Shown here piece by piece: positions 48,151 through 51,864 of a DNA stretch of 51,864 nucleotides. This DNA comes from Candidatus Omnitrophota bacterium (lineage in GTDB: Bacteria > Omnitrophota > Gorgyraeia > Zapsychrales > JANLHA01): the NCBI GenBank assembly GCA_023139575.1, contig JAGLNJ010000068.1:1-51864 (forward strand). Direction: 5' to 3'. The stretch's first letter is position 1. Every line of letters starts with the position of its first letter. Below the pieces are notes generated by a model. It saw nothing but the letters and a program-made list of their open reading frames with translations, made no database searches and had not been told where the DNA came from. Position numbers and translations under genes: made by a program.

Positions 48151-50115
48151 TCAGGTATCGGCTTGGGGTAACTTGTTAACTGTATAAGTGCAATTGGGAT
48201 ATTTGCTGCATCCATAAAAGGCCCCGCGTCGGGATCGCCGTTCCACCAGCTCGCCTTCACATCCCTCGTTCGGGCACTTCACCCCGGAAAGGAATGGCTG
48301 AGCGTGCTTACACTTGGGAAAAACCGAGCAACTCAAGAACTTACCCCGACGGCCCCATTTAATAACCATTTGCTGACCGCATTCAGGGCATTTTTCGTCA
48401 ACAAAGTTCTGCGTTTTTTCCATTTTATCTAAAGCATGCACCAATTCCTGCTTGAAAGGCTTATAGAACTCTTTCAGAAGATTGACATAATCAAGATCCC
48501 CATCTTCAACCTTATCCAGGCGTTCTTCCATTTGCGCGGTGAACCTAATATCCATAATTCTCGCAAAATATTCCATCAATTGATCACACACCAACATCCC
48601 CAATTCTGTCGCCGTAAAATAGCCGCGATCCCTTTTTACATAATTACGGAAGACGATCGTTGTAATGATCGAAGCATAGGTGCTCGGCCGGCCGATACCG
48701 TCTTCCTCAAGAGCCTTAACAAGCGTCGCTTCAGAATATCGTGGCGGTGGCTTTGTAAAATGCTGTGTGGGATTGACCTCTAATAGATTCAGATGATCGC
48801 CTTTATCGTAAATAGCGAGATCAACCTTATTGTTATCATCCTGACGGTCAGGCAGCACAATGAGAAAACCATCAAAAACCAGAGTCGAACCTGTCGCACC
48901 AAAATCATATTTACCCGCTTTGATTTCAATCTTTCTGTTCTTAAAGACAGCAGGAACCATCTGTGAACAAATAAACCGCCGCCAGATCACAAGATAAAGT
49001 TTATACTGATCGTCCGCAAGATATTTTCTGATGTCTTCCGGTTTACGCGTGACATCCGTCGGTCTAATGGCCTCATGAGCTTCCTGCGCGGATTTCTTTG
49101 ATTTGTATTTATTGGGGGTTTCCGGAAGATATTTCTCCCCGTAATTATCTGTAATAAACGAACGAACTTGCTCGATGGCATCATTCGATATGTTCACAGA
49201 ATCCGTACGCATATAGGTGATCAAACCCATCGGTTCCTCACCACCGATTTCAATACCTTCATAAAGGTCCTGAGCATTGCGCATGGTTTGCCTGGCATTA
49301 AACCCTAACTTATTGAAAGCCTCCTGCTGCAAAGTACTTGTAATAAAAGGCGGGCTGGGATTGCGTTTGACTTCGCGATCAACAATCTTGGCAATGTCAT
49401 AATCCTGGTTCTTAAGATCATCAACAATCTTCTCAGAATCACTTTGTGTATTAATATCAATCTTTTGACCATCAATTTTATCAAGACTTGCGGGAAGAAC
49501 GGCCTCGCTGCCTTCTTTCTGCAAATCAACAAAAATTTGCCAATATTCTTTGGGAACAAAATTTTGTATGGCCCGTTCTCTTTCAACAATTAGCCGCAAT
49601 GCTACCGATTGAACGCGACCGGCACTGAGCCGTGAACCCACCTTTTTCCATAAAACCGGGCTGATTTTGTAGCCTACAATGCGGTCAAGAATTCTTCTGG
49701 CCATCTGGGCATTAATCTTTTTGGTATCAAACTCGCGAGGGTGCTCAAAGGCTTTTAATACCGCCTTTTTCGTAATTTCCTGAAAGGTGACCCGATAGAT
49801 TTTCTTCCCTTCACCGATCTGCTGAACAAGATTCCAACCTATGGCCTCCCCCTCGCGGTCAGGGTCAGTGGCAATATAGATCTCTTTTTTAGTCTTGGCT
49901 TCCTTCTTGAGCTGGGTCAAAATTTTTTGTTTATCTCGGACGATAATAAATTTTGGCGTGAAATCATGATCAACATCCACCCCTAAAGTTGATTTTGGCA
50001 AATCAATAAGATGCCCCATGGAAGAGCACACTTTAAAATTATCCCCTAAAATCTTGCTGATAGTTTTAATTTTTGCGGGTGACTCAACGATGACCAAGGC
50101 TTTAGATTTTCCCAT
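48151..50115 (-). CDS. topA: DNA topoisomerase I
   Basis: Toprim ALVIVESPAKIKTI and DPDREGEAI. Type IA core. Two C-terminal C4 zinc ribbons (CPECG..CSVFPKC and CPNEGC..CSKYPNC). Confidence 0.95.
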   Translation of the reverse strand: MGKSKALVIVESPAKIKTISKILGDNFKVCSSMGHLIDLPKSTLGVDVDHDFTPKFIIVRDKQKILTQLKKEAKTKKEIYIATDPDREGEAIGWNLVQQIGEGKKIYRVTFQEITKKAVLKAFEHPREFDTKKINAQMARRILDRIVGYKISPVLWKKVGSRLSAGRVQSVALRLIVERERAIQNFVPKEYWQIFVDLQKEGSEAVLPASLDKIDGQKIDINTQSDSEKIVDDLKNQDYDIAKIVDREVKRNPSPPFITSTLQQEAFNKLGFNARQTMRNAQDLYEGIEIGGEEPMGLITYMRTDSVNISNDAIEQVRSFITDNYGEKYLPETPNKYKSKKSAQEAHEAIRPTDVTRKPEDIRKYLADDQYKLYLVIWRRFICSQMVPAVFKNRKIEIKAGKYDFGATGSTLVFDGFLIVLPDRQDDNNKVDLAIYDKGDHLNLLEVNPTQHFTKPPPRYSEATLVKALEEDGIGRPSTYASIITTIVFRNYVKRDRGYFTATELGMLVCDQLMEYFARIMDIRFTAQMEERLDKVEDGDLDYVNLLKEFYKPFKQELVHALDKMEKTQNFVDEKCPECGQQMVIKWGRRGKFLSCSVFPKCKHAQPFLSGVKCPNEGCEGELVERRSRRGAFYGCSKYPNCTYTVNKLPQADT

Positions 50116-50155
50116 TTTTTTCCTTACTGTTGATTATTGAGAATGAATGAACTTT

Positions 50156-51265
50156 TCACGCACGGACATAAAAATGACCCGGCAATTGCTTAATAAAGTT
50201 ATTCATTTCTAATTTTAATAATGAATCACTTATCTTCCCGGCAACACCATCGCAGTATAGCAATATATTATCAATATGCACCGGCTGCTCCTTAATAAAT
50301 TCTAAAATCTTGAGCTGCATCCCGGAAAGGGTCGACCTCATGATTTTTGTCGCTGGCCGCACATCTTTCAACCTTTGATTTAAAATGGCATGACATGGTA
50401 ATGAAATTTCTTCTAAAATATCATCAATATGCATTACCAACTTTGCACCATCCTGAATAAGCTTGTTCGTCCCTTGCGCCGAGCGCCGGCCTACCAAACC
50501 GGGAATAGCAAAAACTTCGCGCCCCTGCTCTAAAGCGAATCGACTGGTAATAAGTGCTCCACTTTTCCGGGCGGCTTCAACAACCAAAACTCCTAATGAC
50601 AAACCGCTGATAATCCTGTTACGCCGCGGAAAATTCTGCGCAAGCGGCAGGGCCGCCATGGGGAATTCTGAAAAGATGAGACCATGCTGGCTGATTTTCG
50701 CAAAAAGGCCTTTGTTTTCCGGAGGATACACATGTGACAACCCACAACCCAAAACAGCGATCGTGTCTCCTCCCGCCTTCATCGCGCCCCGATGAGCTGC
50801 GCTATCAATTCCACGCGCCATACCGGATACCACAGCTAGTCCTCTTTCCGCTAACTGCACCGCAAAAGATTCCGCAGTAACCTGCCCATAGAGCGATGCA
50901 CGGCGTGACCCCACAACAGCCACAGATACATTATTGACGCAGCTTATTTGGCCTTTATAGTAAAGAACAATTGGATCTTGATAAATCTCTCGTAAATGCT
51001 CTGGGTACGCCTCATCAAATGTAGTGACAACATCAACCTGATAAGCATCCATCAAATTATATTCATTTTTCAGAAATTTGTCTTGTGGGAATTCAATTAT
51101 TTTCCCAATGACATTTTGAGGAAGAATTTTTTCTTTCTTTAAAACACTTTCCTTTAAGGTCAAAACCGCTTTTGCTGAGCCAAAATATTCAATCAACTGT
51201 CTGATGCGAACACTGCCCAAGCCAGGCACTGCATTTAATATAATAAGAGCATCCCTCTCAGTCAT
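50156..51265 (-). CDS. dprA: DNA processing protein DprA
   Basis: SAM-like N-terminus. Rossmann-like core VAVVGSRRAS and SGMARGIDSAAHRGA. C-terminal winged-helix-like extension. Confidence 0.9.
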   Translation of the reverse strand: MTERDALIILNAVPGLGSVRIRQLIEYFGSAKAVLTLKESVLKKEKILPQNVIGKIIEFPQDKFLKNEYNLMDAYQVDVVTTFDEAYPEHLREIYQDPIVLYYKGQISCVNNVSVAVVGSRRASLYGQVTAESFAVQLAERGLAVVSGMARGIDSAAHRGAMKAGGDTIAVLGCGLSHVYPPENKGLFAKISQHGLIFSEFPMAALPLAQNFPRRNRIISGLSLGVLVVEAARKSGALITSRFALEQGREVFAIPGLVGRRSAQGTNKLIQDGAKLVMHIDDILEEISLPCHAILNQRLKDVRPATKIMRSTLSGMQLKILEFIKEQPVHIDNILLYCDGVAGKISDSLLKLEMNNFIKQLPGHFYVRA

Positions 51266-51283
51266 AAGCCAATATCAAACCCT

Positions 51284-51796
51284 TTACTTTTCGCTTTTAA
51301 CTAAATCAACAATCTCCTGACAAATCACGTCTATTGACCGCCCGTTGGTATCAATAATATAATCAGCCTGCTCATAAAAAGTCGCTCTCTGTGCCAACAA
51401 TTCCTCAATTTTCTTTAGCGGGGTTTCTGTATACAGTAGCGGCCGGTGCGTTTCTTTCTTGATTCTCAGATAAATTTCATCCGGACTGGCCTTTAGATAG
51501 AAAATACGACCATTTTCTTTCAGATTAGCAATGTTTTCTGCATCAAGCACCACCCCCCCCCCACAATCAATGACAAGGCTGTCCTTTTGTCCTACTTGCA
51601 CAACAACATCTTTCTCAACTTGGCGGAAATATGGTTCCTTATCCGTCTTAAAGATTTCTGTAATGGTGCGCCCTTCCCTGGATTCAATAAGAGCATCTGT
51701 AGAAACAAGCTCCCAGCCTAACTGTTTAGCTAAAAATTCGGAAACGCTTGATTTCCCAGCCCCCATAAATCCTATTAAAACAATATTGCCTGCCAT
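51284..51796 (-). CDS. aroK: shikimate kinase
   Basis: NIVLIGFMGAGKS Walker A and CGGGVV, at typical AroK size. The track ORF begins at GTG 51838. ATG 51796 gives the usual N-terminus, but no SD is visible, so the start is uncertain. Confidence 0.85.
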   Translation of the reverse strand: MAGNIVLIGFMGAGKSSVSEFLAKQLGWELVSTDALIESREGRTITEIFKTDKEPYFRQVEKDVVVQVGQKDSLVIDCGGGVVLDAENIANLKENGRIFYLKASPDEIYLRIKKETHRPLLYTETPLKKIEELLAQRATFYEQADYIIDTNGRSIDVICQEIVDLVKSEK

Positions 51797-51864
51797 CACG
51801 GCCCGATTGTAACACATGCCCCAAACAGTGTCAAACACCCAAACCTATCTTCTACACTTGGAGG

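Overview
51.9-kb window in which every credible gene (about 50 CDS) lies on the minus strand. Genes are tightly packed, often with 4-nt ATGA stop/start overlaps. I saw no rRNA, tRNA, CRISPR array, IS element or prophage by eye. All calls rest on motif and family recognition from the translated ORFs, with no database search. Read 5'->3' on the minus strand (right to left): aroK-dprA-topA-xerC. Then a long lipid A / Kdo / LPS-core / LPS-export block: waaA, lpxK, an LpxL::ELM1 fusion, a GT4::GT9 fusion, GT4, three GT9 heptosyltransferase-like genes, a heptose-7-P kinase, kdsB, kdsA, kdsD, kdsC, a single-ORF LptC-LptA fusion and lptB. Then tig-clpP, a class V aminotransferase with serA, a membrane protein, purA, an OmpA-like lipoprotein with a coiled-coil lipoprotein, and a clear intrinsic terminator. 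Then uppS-cdsA-dxr-rseP, an orphan CpaF-type ATPase, proS-rimP-nusA-infB, trpS-scpA-ruvB, DUF2905-spoIID-queA-tgt-trmD, a GT39 membrane glycosyltransferase, a small PCP_red-like protein and ssb. Three unrecognisable ORFs sit at the left edge (163-1942). The content points to a moderately low-GC diderm (LPS-making) bacterium, possibly an uncultivated lineage; that last point is speculation. Most of the window is ordinary core genome. The points worth a second look are domain-architecture oddities: LpxL::ELM1, GT4::GT9, LptC-LptA in one ORF, a PPIase-less trigger factor, a ProRS whose editing domain is replaced by a Cys-rich mini-insert, and a Cys4 TrpRS. Also of interest are an orphan secretion ATPase inside a housekeeping operon and the AT-rich left-edge islet, where a protein with a HEPN-type R-x4-H motif sits next to a membrane-anchored partner. 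That islet is the only candidate for an undescribed accessory or defence-like module, and the evidence for it is weak.
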